From: Tricharina praecox
Taxonomy: Eukaryota
Assembly (NCBI RefSeq): GCF_024521635.1
Contig: NW_026250416.1
Location: forward strand, 558,001 to 622,000
DNA length: 64,000 nt
Reading direction: 5' to 3'
Shown here: piece after piece, positions 26,599-39,053 of the stretch
How the letters are laid out: every line of letters begins with the position of its first letter
Position numbering within the stretch: the first letter of the stretch is position 1
The notes under the pieces: generated by a model
The model's input: the letters and a program-made list of their open reading frames with translations, nothing else
The model's database searches: none
Told to the model about the DNA's origin: nothing
Program-made: the position numbers and the translations under genes

Positions 26599-27067
26599 CT
26601 AGTTCCTTAGTTCCTGGTGGTGGTGGTGGTGGAGGTGGAGCCTGGGCGCGCCACCAGCAGCAACGAACACATCACCGAGCGCGCCCCTCTGGCGGCGGCC
26701 AGGGGCAACCTTCATCTCCCAGATGACGCCAATGCCCTTCTCGAAGCCGTCGCCGCCGAAGGCCGCCAGGAAGTCCGCCGTGTACATGCTCATCTTCAGC
26801 GTGGGCGGGAGCTGCTCGCGCGGCGTGAGCGTCGTGCTCCTGCTGTGGTGGCGTGTGGGAGACGTCGAGGTCGGCGAGGCCGTCGTGTGCGTTTCGTGCG
26901 ATAGCTGCTTCGTCATTACGTTAGCTCTACTGTTCTTACTTCAAGCTGCAATTTAACGAAAGGGGGGGGGGACGTACGCTTCGTGATGATTCGGAGGTGC
27001 TGGCACACGTGTTGATCTGGAGGCCCTCGCGGGGAGAGCGCTCGTAGCTGGCGGTAGAGGTGTTCAT
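26599..27067 (-). CDS. Hypothetical protein, about 131 aa, Ser/Thr-rich; intron 26905-26977
   Basis: GTACGT...GCTAAC...CAG intron joins MNTSTASYERSP...SSRS in frame to LSHETHTT...MYTADFLAAFGGDGFEKGIGVIWEMKV. GC-rich codons. Confidence 0.6.
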
Positions 27068-28723
27068 TCTTCCTCTTCTTCTTTCTTTCTTTCTTGAACG
27101 TTTTTTTTCTTTTCGTTGTTGTGTGATGATGCGCCGGACGGAAAAAAGTAACACCGACAAAGTATGAAATCTCGAAACCTCGCGCACGGTCTCCTCTGTC
27201 ACGACAACGACGACGACGACGACGGAATTCGAAGGGAAGGAAAAGTCGTGGAACACGCAAGAATGAAGAGAGAAGGGAGAAGAAGAGAGAAGACAGAAAA
27301 GAAAAGGAAGAAGAAGAGAAAGGCAGATCCGTCGCTCTTTAAACGGTCCTGATCCCAAGGTAAGGGTACGGTAGGTCGGTAGAGTACTTGGTAGGTAGTC
27401 GCAATCTCGTCTCGATAGGGTCCGCGCGAAGGAAATACAATCTTATGGTTATTTATTTGTTTCAGCTGTGCTGTGCTGTGCGTTGTGCGTGGCCGCAGCA
27501 GGCAGACGGACGGGCCGTAGTGTGCACGGACGGAGAGACACGGTTCGGATCCGGAGTTCTGGATGGGGAATAGCGAGACCGGGCTTGGAGGCTACGACAA
27601 CGAACCACGACGACGACACGGTGCGGCGCGGGTATATTTGTGCTGCTGTGCAGAGCCCCGCGCGGATAGTGCGTCGGCAGAGTGGGGTGTAGGTGAGACA
27701 AAGAATCGAGGCAGATGCCGGTATGTAGTGATTATGGAGGAGGAGATGTGTGATCGATGCGACGGATGGGATGGGATGGAATGGGATTTGGTTTATAGGA
27801 TTGATTGATGGCTGATGGTGAGAAGCGGAGTGAAGTCAAGTTGGATAAGTAAGGAGGGAAGAAGAGAAGAGAAGAAGAAGAAGAAGAAGGAGGAGGAGGA
27901 GCAAGTGTAGTAATAGCAATTGGAAGCAGCAGCAGCAGCAGCAGCAGCTCTAACTGACGGCGTGTGCAACGACGCAGCAGAGAAAAGAGTCCAGGGGTCG
28001 GCTGACATTCCGCTCAGCTATGACGTTTTGCACTCATTGCGTGTTTTCTCGCATCTCATAGGCGGAAACACCAGCAACATCGAAAGCGAAGGGGGGGAAA
28101 CGGCCGCATCACGCATATTCCCGAGAGCGTGGATCGAATCTTCACGAAGGAAAAGGAATTCTGGACCTTCTGTCGGCCTGTCTCGCGATCGATTGAAAGC
28201 GAACGAGCCAATTGAACCACATGCGAGCCACACAAAAGTCCGCAGTGAACATAATATCGCCCATTTATTCATTTACTATTACCAATAAAAACAAAAATCC
28301 ATCCCTACTCTCCCCGCATTGCGGTGCTGAAAGTCCCTGTTAAATGCACACGACTGGAAAAAAAAAGCAAACCACATTCCCCCAAATCACCCCACATCAC
28401 CCATATAGTCAGTCAATGCAATTGTCCAGTCCACCCGGTTTCTCGTGGTTGTCTTCGTCATCATCAGTCCCCCAAGCCATACCCAGCCATAGTTACCCCA
28501 GTCATAATTGCCCTAGCCATACCCCAGCCATACACACACAGACAGCCCGCCAGATGCACCACCAAACCCGCCAGACATGTAAATAAATCAAAAAAACTCC
28601 GTACAATGCAAACACACAAATGCAACCTCCCCTACACCTCCTCCTCCTCCTCTTCGCCAAAAATTTAGTCACTCACGCTCGCCACCGCTGCGATGTAGTG
28701 CTATTCCAATTCCCAATGCACTC

Positions 28724-29373
28724 CTAAGCGGGAATCGTGTAGAGCACCTCCAGCGAGAAGCTCTCAGTGCACTCCGCCTTGCGATCCCCGGTGGCCTGGC
28801 CGAAGTAGAGTTTCCAGCCGTCGTCGTTCGGGCACGCGGTCCAGGCAGCAGCGGAGTCGTGCAGGTATCCGAACCAGTAGCGGGGCTCGCCAGGGTTGAT
28901 CATCGTCGCGTCGATGGTGAAGTTGGTTTCGCGCATTGCTGAGGGGTTCCCTTCGAGCTGAAGAGGCGGGATTAGCAATCGGCGTCACACAGAAGAGCGA
29001 ATGCACGGGGTATTGGAGGGGGAAAACTCACTCTTGGCGCTCCGAGCACTACTTCGCTCAGACCATCGGTGCCCTCAGGCTTCAAATAGATGGTCCTAGA
29101 GGTCTTTGTGGAATCGAACGCAATGCCCTCCGCGGCGTTGTATTGGATGAACGCCTTGAAATCGGTGTGCGTGCTCGTCCACCACCCGAGTGGCCCGCCA
29201 ATCGCTTGGTTGCCTTGTCCGAGCCACGAGACGCTTCCGAGCGCCGGCTTGGAAGGTGGTGCGCCGAGGCTGAATGTTGCGAGGCCATTGCCGTCTTGGG
29301 CCTGTCGTGGGATGACGGCGCAGGTGGCGGTGGCCACGAGAGGGGCCAGAGTTGCGAGGATGGAAAACTTCAT
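28724..29373 (-). CDS. Small secreted protein (signal peptide, 2-Cys C-terminal WTACP...C motif, PhiA/cell-wall-protein-like); intron 28958-29031
   Basis: Signal MKFSILATLAPLVATATC and IPRQ processing-like site. The GTGAGT...GCTAAT...CAG intron is in frame. C-terminus reads WTACPNDDGWKLYF...EC. Confidence 0.8.
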
Positions 29374-32300
29374 GGTCGGGTTTGTCGTATGGTAGATGTT
29401 TGTGTAGATGGTGTTATGGCAGAGATCGATGATATCGAAGGATGAGGAGGAGAAGGCGAGGAGGTAGATATAAGAGTAGAAGATGTTGTTGCTGCTGGAT
29501 GAGGAGGTGTTGGTTGTGAAGAAGCAAAAGCAAGCAGGCGGGGAGCAGCTGATTATAACCAGTCAGCGTGGGGCGGGACTTGTCACATCACATTCCACCT
29601 TTGACCACTGCGGCCGCCTTCTTGATCGAGTTACACCAGACCAGATGTAGGCACTCTCCGCATCCGCAAGCGAGCCGAGCAGGGGGGGCTTTCGAGGAGA
29701 CTAGACTGCAATTCTTGTAGGTGCGTCATCCATCGTCGAATGGCTCCGGACGGGACCGTCGCGCAAAGGCGCGGGATTCTCAGACACCTCGCCCCACGAA
29801 GCGCGATAACTGTGTCTGTATCCGTCGTGCATGTCGACGCTGTGCGGATGGCCCGGTCGGCGGTCGCGTCACACGGGCAACGCGAGATCTTCCGAGTTCC
29901 GTTGAGTAAACAAACCGCCATCTGCCATCCACTCCCCACTGCCCGGAGCGGCGCACAGCATCTTCGATCGAGCCCCCCAGCCGTGCATGAACTCCTCCCA
30001 CAAACAGCTGCAAAACGGTTAGCGCGAGGACTTGGACGAGAAAGAGACTGTGGATGCGTGCATGATGCAGCCAATGCACAGCTGCAGGGCACAGGCGACT
30101 GGATCAATGTGGGGAACGGGCCCAGGATCTTCCCTCCCTCCCTCCCTCCCTCCCTCCCTCCCTCTCAGCTTCCTCTTGGCCGCCGCTGTTGCCGCACCGT
30201 CCGCTTATGAGAGCGACAGAGCGAGCAAGAAGTCGGAAGAAGGTTTTTCCCTGCGCTGCTTCCAAAATAGATCGACTGCAACGGAGTGCAGTCTTGAAAG
30301 AACATTCCAAAGTCGTCGCGTCGCTGTAGTTGTCCGTCGTTGCGGTTGTTCGCTGGTCGATCCCGTGGCGATGAACTTTGAAGGTTGTCTGTCGCTAACT
30401 CGCTGCTTGCTTGCTTGTGCTACCAATAATAGAAGCTCAGTAAACAGCACTCGGATATCGGGGTGAGAAAAAATGCAGACAGGAAACGGACCACCACCCT
30501 GGGCTTCCGTTCCGCCAACATTCTCATCCTTCCCATCCTGCACGTTCAGTTGGATACGTCAATGGAAACTTTCTGCCCTACGGAAGTCCCGGATCGAATT
30601 GAATCATCCGGCCATTCCATCCCATACCTTCCATCCCATCCGTACCATCCCATCATTCCGCGCTGGCAGAGGCTGATTAGTAGACTGATTGATATTATCA
30701 TCATCGTCATCGCCAACATCCAATCCCTCCCTCTCTCCCGCAGTTCCCGGCCGTTTCTCTCTGGCTTTCTCTTTGAGCGATTTGCTTGCTTGCTCGCTTG
30801 CCGTGTGTTACTATGAATAACCACCACCACGGTATGTAGTAGGTCACCACCCGTTGGGCCGCCGCAGGCTGCATCTGATTGTGATTATCCCGTCTCTCCG
30901 ACGGATGCCGACGGGATACCTGCATCACTCAAATCAATCAATCGGTCGCCGCCCGGACTCCCCGCCCCGCCCCGCCCGTCCAACTAGACGCCTCCGCCTG
31001 CTTCCGGACTGTGAGCACTGAGAATTCCAGTAAACTGCGATTTGAAATCGCACCCGCCCGCCTGAAAATCCAACGCAACGGGTTTCCGTCTGTCACCACT
31101 TTGTGCAACAGTGAGCAGTGAGCACTGAGAGAGGAATACCGCCGCTACCACCACCGCATATTACTGTAGCTGGGGCAGGATGCAACCGGCAGCGATGGCT
31201 ACGGTAGAGTATCGTGAATAATTTTTACATAACATCGGGAGCCTGCCCCTCCCCGTGGAGAACGCACGGTACCTTTCTACTCCACTCTACCCCCCTCCCC
31301 TCCCCTCTTCTCTACTCCAAGTCGCGCCGACCTTCCAGCCCCCTCTCTCCGGCCTCACTGCTAGTTAATAGCGAAACGGCGCGCCTTCCCTTCCCGGTTC
31401 GAAACATAGAGTACATGCCGCGATCGGCGCCACACGTGCGCGATCAGCACACGGACTCAATCCCGGACTCCCTCCTGGACTCCCTCCCGGAGAATGGTGA
31501 GGGGCTCCAGCCACCGGTCCTCCGAGGCTCGACCAACTGGTCTAGGTATGTAAGTGCCGGCGGCCGCTCGCAGCCGTGAGCGGGAAAGGGTGGTTTCAAC
31601 GCGTAAGAACGGGAAGGGAACGGGCGGAAAGAGAAAAAAAAGGGAAGGAATTCGGAGGTCTGAGAATTCGGGAGTGCTTGGGCGGGAACTTGCGAACTTG
31701 CGACATGAGAAGCTGGTCGCTCGAACCGGAGACTGGAGACTGGAGTTGGAGTTGGGATTTGAGGTGGTGACTCGCGGAGTTCATAGCGGATCGTCAGATG
31801 GATCGTCGGACGGAACGGGGGAAGGGAAGGGATGGGATGGGATGGGAAGGTGGCCTCAGGTAATGACATGTGATTGATGATCTACGATGATCTAATCTAA
31901 TCACATCGATCTAGGTATCCGACCGCTATTATGTCCTGGTACTGGTGCGCCCTGGGCTCCAGTGTTCCACGGCCGGCTATGTACAATACATACCACTCGA
32001 CATATATACGGCATTCCAGAGGATTGAGAGCTGCCATTATCTGCTGTACCGTGTAACGCTGGAAGTGATTCCTACATACATAGGTTTAAGCAGTAAATCC
32101 CACAACGTTCTAAGCGCAGGATCAGTCCTGGAACGCTGCAGTGTAGACATACAGGTTCACAGGTAACTACAAGATCTGGGTTGACGTAAATTCTTCGTTT
32201 AGCTTGGGCTTCGAACGAACGACCGTCTGTCACTATATAGTATGTGGTAGGTAGTACATGGAAAGTACCAGCCAATGAACTCGCGATGCTAGGAAGCTTC

Positions 32301-33738
32301 AGCTTTTACGAAGCCTGGTCAATGGTCATGCAATAGCGAGAAGAACAAACGAGCGCGAGTGTACTACATACCATCTAGGTGTCATAGTATTACCGCAGAA
32401 CACCTTTGGGAAATTCGGATATCCACGTCATGGCTTTCCGCGCCCGTGAGAATATATACCCAGCTGAAGCATAAAAGTGGATGAGCACTGGGCGAGCAAT
32501 ATATCAGCCTTCAGGATGGAGACCCTGGAGAGGTGTACTAACTGCTATATACCCAGGGAGGAGAGGATCAGAGGTCACTGTCAGTGGAGCTCTTCCGATC
32601 GTGTACCAGAGTACTCCATAGAAAACCACAGATCATCATACGTATTGTGACTGGCCGTGAGCGATTGCTCAACTAATCCGCGTACTACTAGTGGTACATA
32701 GAGCCGGCGGTTATGTATCACTTCCAAAAGCTTGATTGCTTGAGGGATCGTGTATATATGAGCTAACAGGATACACACAGGCGTACATACATAAAGTTCA
32801 CACATAAGAGTGTCGCAGACTCGCAGCCCAGACTCCATGCATGGGTGATCAGCCGAGATGTGAGCCGAGATGTGAGCCGATGCCAGAGTCAGCGTGCGGG
32901 ACTCAGGAGAAGCGAGGATGCTCTGCCTACATAGACTCTAGTGTACTACATATAGATAGAGTAGAGTACCTAGGTGGGAAGCCTTTAACCCTGAGCCCTG
33001 TAAACTCCCTGATCGCTGGGCTCGCCTTATACACCATGTAGTCACATTGTCGCAGCGGGCTGCGGGCTGCGGGCAGCAACAGCATCACCATGTACCGGTA
33101 CCATCTGACCATCAAAGGTTTTATCGAGCACGAGCACGAGTACGAGGAATACGGTACGGCAAGAGCACACCTTACTTACGTCACCTAACATACGTACTCA
33201 GGGACTATCCCCGCCCCGCTTCACGAATAGAGTAGTTACAGTCAACTACAAACCAACTAACATTCATGCTTAAATACACTGTGATACACATGATATACCC
33301 CACACACGCACACACGCACACACGCACACACGCACGTACGTAAACCCTATATATAAACTTCCCAGCTTCCCAACTTCCCAACTTCCCGAGAACTGCAGCC
33401 CGCCTTGCATCCATCCGGTCGTCACGATCCACCACCTACTCGTCTCGACAATGTGAAATTCGTACTGAGGACCGAGGCTGAGGCCGAAACAGAGACGGCC
33501 GATGAGAAGACATGGGCGTGAGTGTATTGATGCTGGTACTGGTACTGGTATATGTGCGGGTGGGTGTGCGGGTTTGCGTGTGATGCTCGTGCATGCGGTG
33601 ATTTACGATACGAGAGTGATGAGATGTTCGGTGAGATATTCGGTATATATTGTCGGCAAAGTTGGTTGCTTGGTTGCTTCGTTACCCGGTTGCTTCGGAC
33701 GGACGGTCCAGCAGCTCGAGCTCGATATCGAGATCTCA

Positions 33739-33936
33739 TTACAACTGCCTCTTCTTCTTCCCACCGCCATCCATCTGTCGCTCCACCAGTGACTTTCCAT
33801 ACTCCAGTTTCCCCTGCTGGACCTTGTCCTTCCCGCTGGCCATCGACTCGGTGTATGTACGGCGGCCGCCGTAGTTGCACTCTTTGTCGGCAAGGTGCTG
33901 GAGGTACCATTGGTTCGTTGTTTGGTAGCTCGACAT
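33739..33936 (-). CDS. Possible small hypothetical protein (65 aa)
   Basis: ATG follows a C-rich leader (cccacagaATG). Natural-looking peptide MSSYQTTNQWYLQHLADKECNYGGRRTYTES..., flanked by UTR-like simple repeats. No homology check possible here. Confidence 0.4.
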   Translation of the reverse strand: MSSYQTTNQWYLQHLADKECNYGGRRTYTESMASGKDKVQQGKLEYGKSLVERQMDGGGKKKRQL

Positions 33937-35937
33937 TCTGTGGGAAGTGAGGTATAAGATGGTGGGTGGGTGTAGGGTAGGATGGTGGGATGAGTGCGGT
34001 GAGTGCGGTGAGTGAGATGAGTGGGATGAGGATGAAGGGAGGAGAAGGCGGTATTTATCGATGTTAAAGCTGTGGGGAGAGGTAATATAGTCGGGGCAGA
34101 GATAGGTAGGCCAGGCAATATCTCGGCGGATGTGGAATATTACAAACCATACCTAGGAGGAGAAGCCATCCAAGTGATTCGGCATTCGGAAATCTCAAGT
34201 GCCCGGATCCCGCCGACGAGCGAAGTTCTATGCTACGACGCAACAATAAGGGCGGGTGGAGGGTGCATCCGCCCGTATCTGCAGAGCACCAGGAGTATTG
34301 TGAGCTCAGGGATACCCAGGCCAGTCGTAAATCATATCAAATGTCTGATATGTCATAGCCAAAAGGAAGAGGGCAGCTGAAGTGCTATGATACTCTACAT
34401 CGTCAGCATGATGGCGCGGCAGAATAATTATCCAACTTGATCCTACATACCGTCCTACGAGCCAAGGGATATCAGCGCAACCCAGATTTTTCCAGAGCGT
34501 GGGAAGAAGAATCACATGTGGTGCACCGAGTATTACCCAGAAGCATCAACAGCCCCCAAAGCATACCTACATACATGATGAACTCGCGAAGTCCGAACGC
34601 TCGCAGGCCCCTGCATCGCCCCCACAGTCGGCTGGCGATGGCGAGGAACGTTCATTGGATCGGATAGGATCATGTATATCCACAACTCTAAATGGATATG
34701 CCAGTGCAGGGGGAGAGTTCGTTGTACATATGCGGCACGAGACCTCAAGCAGTTACGATATGTACTCGGGGCAGGCATTCGGTATTCGGATCTGCAGATC
34801 CGGAATCTCCAGCTCAAGCAGATGATCGCATTCCCAGGACTGAATTTCTTCTCAAGCCGACCTCCAACACCGTTCGCATATGGACGTGAATCACCGAAAG
34901 CTGGACATCGGGGAGATTCCTGAGATCCCCGGCTGGATGAAAATGTGGACCAAGCCAGCCGATGGATTATCATGTAGATACTCTAAAGAGCATCCCCGTG
35001 CAGACGTGGATATCGAAGCGATTGTCATGCTGCCGGCAGAATTGTCCGAGCAGATCGAATGCAAACATAACCTAGGATTTATGCTCCGGCAGCGCATTAG
35101 AACGGACAGTGGGGGTATTATCAGCCCATCCACTGGTATCCTACTAGTAGGGGCCGTTGATTCACCCAGATTAGTGAGTCTCATAGATCCAAAAAAACCT
35201 CCAGGGGACGGCGGCCAGCCCTGCAGTTGGCCAACCGTTCTAGAGCAGCCCAATATACGCTTGGGGTCCATCGATCGGAGGATGTCTTACAGGGGGTGCT
35301 TGATCGGCAGCTATTGAACCAGGTTGTGGGGCTCTCGCGAACGCGCGGCGGTGGGCGAGTGGCATGCGGACAGTGGGCTTGAAACTTGGAAGGGCATCCT
35401 GCGATCCCGGGCCTCAGACTTCTTCGGCGTGGGATCGGCTGCCCATTCGAGCCGGCTTTAGTTGTCCTTAGAGTGCAGTCGGTGCTCTGCCCCCACCGGT
35501 CATCGGACTTTCTCGATGATGAACGGACTGGCGAGAACAAGATGAAGGTGGACTTGAACGTACGAGCAAAGTACTGGCGCTTCAGCTGGGGGCAGAGCAT
35601 CCACTCAACTATGAGACAACAGTAACCCAAGTAGGACCGTCCTCATTATAGGAACTCCTGGCCATACCTAGGAAGTACCATATATTATACAAAAGACAAT
35701 AAATTCGGACTCAGGCAGCACTCGCCTAGCAAGCTCTCGTATGCATGCCGATAAACTCTAGACAATGCTCTTTGCCGAGCAGCACTCCCTGTACACTCAT
35801 ATCCCCGTATCTAGCGGGGCAGAGTCCACATCGTATAATTTCGTACAGCTTCCTCGGCCAAACTCAGTTGTTCTCATCCATGGTCTCTACATCCTCTTCG
35901 ATGTCTGTTGGTTCCTCCGCCACCTCCCCGTCCTCTA

Positions 35938-36882
35938 TCAATCCAACTCCTCCTGTTCGAGGTCTTTTGTTAGCTCCTCCACTGCCTTCCTGCGCCTTAT
36001 AAAATCCTCATCCACCTCCTTGTCCTCTATAAAATCCTCCTCCACAAAATCCTCCTCCGCTTTCATTTCATTTAGGTTAACTATAGGTGAGAACCACTCT
36101 ACGAATTTTGACGGCATCTGCCTCATTTTAACGCCTCTTACAGTTGACCCCAGCCTATCAAGTACCCGCTTCTCCTCCTCTTCCCTTTTTGTTGTCGGTT
36201 TCTCCTCTACCTTCTTGTCTCTTTCTTCTCGCTCGATCTCGAGCCCTGACATGCCTTCCTCAAGTCCTCCATCTTTCTCTTCGCACGCCTTGCCAGCGTA
36301 TGCCTTTTCCAGTATTTTTGTCATAAACTCTGCCATATGTGTTCCTCCTGTCTTCAACTCCTCTTTGAGCATCATCCCCAGCAAGGCCGCCGTCTCCTTG
36401 TCCCACTTCTCTTCATACACTTCCTGAACCATTTGCTGCCCAATATGCGCCAGCTCCTTCGCCGCCTTCCTCGTCGCCATGACATGATGGACATAATAGA
36501 CCAGCGCCATCTCCGTCAAATGCTGTCTGCACTCCGGTGTCTTCCTCAGCTTCTGCGCCAACGTGAACGCCGCACTAACCGCGATGGCCATTCTGCCCGG
36601 CAGCTGTCCAAACGTGACATGTAGCACCTCCATGAACTTTGCGCCCAGCTCGCCCCCGACGTTTTCCATCTGCACCACGAGGATCGCAGGAGACCGCTCC
36701 GAGGACTCGCTGAGGAGACAGATGTCGTCCGTGTTGCTACGCAGCTCGGTGAGCGATCCGGATACGGCGGAGTGAGGTCCCACGGCATCTTCGAGCGCTT
36801 GTAGTCCCTCGAGCATCTGCGCGTTGTAGGCGTCTAGCTCGACGTATTTGGCGAGGTAGGCGCGTCGCATTTCGGTGGACAT
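35938..36882 (-). CDS. Hypothetical helical protein with Glu/Lys-rich C-terminus (314 aa, intronless)
   Basis: Long ORF with a good ATG context (catcATG). No recognisable motif. Confidence 0.6.
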   Translation of the reverse strand: MSTEMRRAYLAKYVELDAYNAQMLEGLQALEDAVGPHSAVSGSLTELRSNTDDICLLSESSERSPAILVVQMENVGGELGAKFMEVLHVTFGQLPGRMAIAVSAAFTLAQKLRKTPECRQHLTEMALVYYVHHVMATRKAAKELAHIGQQMVQEVYEEKWDKETAALLGMMLKEELKTGGTHMAEFMTKILEKAYAGKACEEKDGGLEEGMSGLEIEREERDKKVEEKPTTKREEEEKRVLDRLGSTVRGVKMRQMPSKFVEWFSPIVNLNEMKAEEDFVEEDFIEDKEVDEDFIRRRKAVEELTKDLEQEELD

Positions 36883-37495
36883 GATGGCTGGTGGAAGGTT
36901 GCTGGAGGTGAGGAAACTGGTGAAAGGGCTCGGTCGTGGACTCGTGTACGTACGCTGACGGGGGTTTCGTGTCGAAGACTCGCTCCTCGGACGCTATACG
37001 GAGGGACAAATGATATTCTGATAATGATAACGAAGCAAGGATGAATATGATGAATCTGCGTCAATGAACAAGAAAAAAAATACAACGGAAGTAGGGAAAG
37101 AGAGAGTCGGTGGTGATGCAGTTGCTAGGCCGCTGTGGTCTGTGAGCATGGCGGGAGACATTAGGCTTAGAGCGAAGCGGCATGCCAAATACAGGTTAAG
37201 ATCTGTGAAACGTACAAAAGGTGCGCACATCTCCACTCGCAAGCTCGCTGTATTCACAGCAATACTGGAGTGTCCATTGACCGCCGCACTGGGGGAAATC
37301 GAGCAAAACATAACCAAATCTCAAATCGACCTGGATGATACTGTATGATACTGGATATCGGTCACAGCTCGCTGTACACTCCTACTAGATTAATGACTAA
37401 TTTCATTTCCTATCCATTATTATATCATACAATGATTCCTGATAACATAGCCCGACTTCCTTGCCGAAACTTCTCACTTCTCCGGAACCATCCTA

Positions 37496-37940
37496 CTACT
37501 TTGTCCCTTTCGCTGGCTGGCTAGGCCCATCAACCGCCTTCTCGACGGTGCCGGCAATACCTCCCTTGGCGGCATTAAACTGCGATCCGATGATGCCGTC
37601 CTTGTCCAAGGGGCCGCCCATAGCCTGGGGGATGGACCCGAGAGTTCCATCGGCTGTACACACCAGTCAGCAGCCATCATCTCCAGAATGGGCAGAAAGA
37701 GGAGGTAGGTAGGGAAGACAAACGGTTGAACTGCCGGCCAATGGCTCCTCCGGACGACAAGATCGAGGGGTTCTTCGGATTGGTGTCCTTCTTCTCGCCG
37801 ATATTTTCGGCGGCACGGTGGATAGGGTTATCGCTGCCGGCGAGCTTGCGGGAAGTCATCGTGAATGTGCGGATTTGTGATGTTGTGAGTGGTACGGTGA
37901 TAGTAGTAGGTTTGCTGAGGATGTTTCGGAGTGCGAGCAT
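37496..37940 (-). CDS. Small Gly-rich hydrophilic fungal protein with repeated G(A/I)IGxQF motif; intron 37654-37723
   Basis: Spliced product ...SSGGAIGRQFNPDGTLGSIPQAMGGPLDKDGIIGSQFNAAKGGIAGTVEKAVDG... The Arg/Ser/Thr-rich, acid-free N-terminus resembles a mitochondrial presequence. Confidence 0.8.
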
Positions 37941-38014
37941 TGAATGGATTGTGAGGTTTGAGCACTCGGAAGGAGCTGTTTCTTATACGTTGGAGGGAGG
38001 CCATGTCAAGATGG

Positions 38015-38140
38015 TGACGTGATGGCGTGACGTCATGAAGACGCGGGACATCGGGCACGGCTATGGCTATGGCAGAGTGTGGGACGCTCCCAGTGGTGTC
38101 GGCTCGGAACTATGGTGGACTATTGACATCGACGTGACGT
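38015..38140. promoter_or_regulatory. Cluster of CRE/ATF-like sites (TGACGT 38015, TGACGTCA 38028-38035, TGACGT 38135) upstream of the small minus-strand gene
   Basis: A perfect palindromic CRE about 90 bp upstream of the ATG plus two TGACGT part-sites. Confidence 0.4.
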
Positions 38141-38411
38141 CCAGAGTCAATGATGCGCATACTCATCACCGCGAGTGACGGACCATGCAAGAATCCGGAC
38201 CTCAAGAACCCTAATCCACCTTCGTCTTCGCGGCTGAATCCTCACGGGATAATTGCTCACCCGCATAATACCACCACTATACATCAACCGTTGGCCCCCG
38301 TTTAATCCTATCCTGCTCCGGGGTACTTCGCGGGGTAGCTCTTCCGTTATACCGGGAGTCCTAGTCAACGACGTGGCATAGTGAAACAGTAGGACATGTA
38401 CGAGGAATTTC

Positions 38412-38459
38412 GTGCTGACCGCTGTAGCTCGAGCTGTGCTGACCGCCGTAGCTCGAGCT
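38412..38459. repeat. Two copies of a 24-bp direct repeat
   Basis: gtgctgaccgctgtagctcgagct / gtgctgaccgccgtagctcgagct. Confidence 0.9.
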
Positions 38460-39053
38460 CGCGCAAGCTAGATGTATATCGCCACGATATTTGTTAAGTC
38501 TGTCCAAACCACGCCTCTCGTGGCTCACCGCATGGCTAGGCCGCTCTATCGCAATAATGGCGGGGCGAAGTCCGATATCCGATGCGGAAACGCAGCCACG
38601 CATGCTGCAAGGGGAGCTGCTGCATGGCAGAACATCGCGACATCGCTAGATGACGGCTCGCTTCGCTGCAAAAATCATAGGTGGAATAAATGGAGCAGGT
38701 ACTCGAGACCCCACTATCATCACGGCGGGGTTCTCGCTTGGTCTTCCGGGAGTTTATTGAGGTAGTTTTCCGGTGAGCGGGGGACGTCTCCACAAATCTG
38801 AAAAATGGGGCATTGATGCCCTAAAATACTTTATTCTGAGACATCTTCGGGCTGGGGTTCCGACGGGGATGCGGCGCGGGAAAAAACGTGTTGAACCCCC
38901 GAGCTGTGCGGCCATTGGGGGGTGACTACCGTATGCATACCTGCCACCTGGTCTGGACCTTGTTGCCCCTGTCCCTTTGTTGCCTATAAGATAACTCACC
39001 TCAAGGAACCTCTGCAAACCATCACAAACTATCTCCTCACTCACTCATTCACG

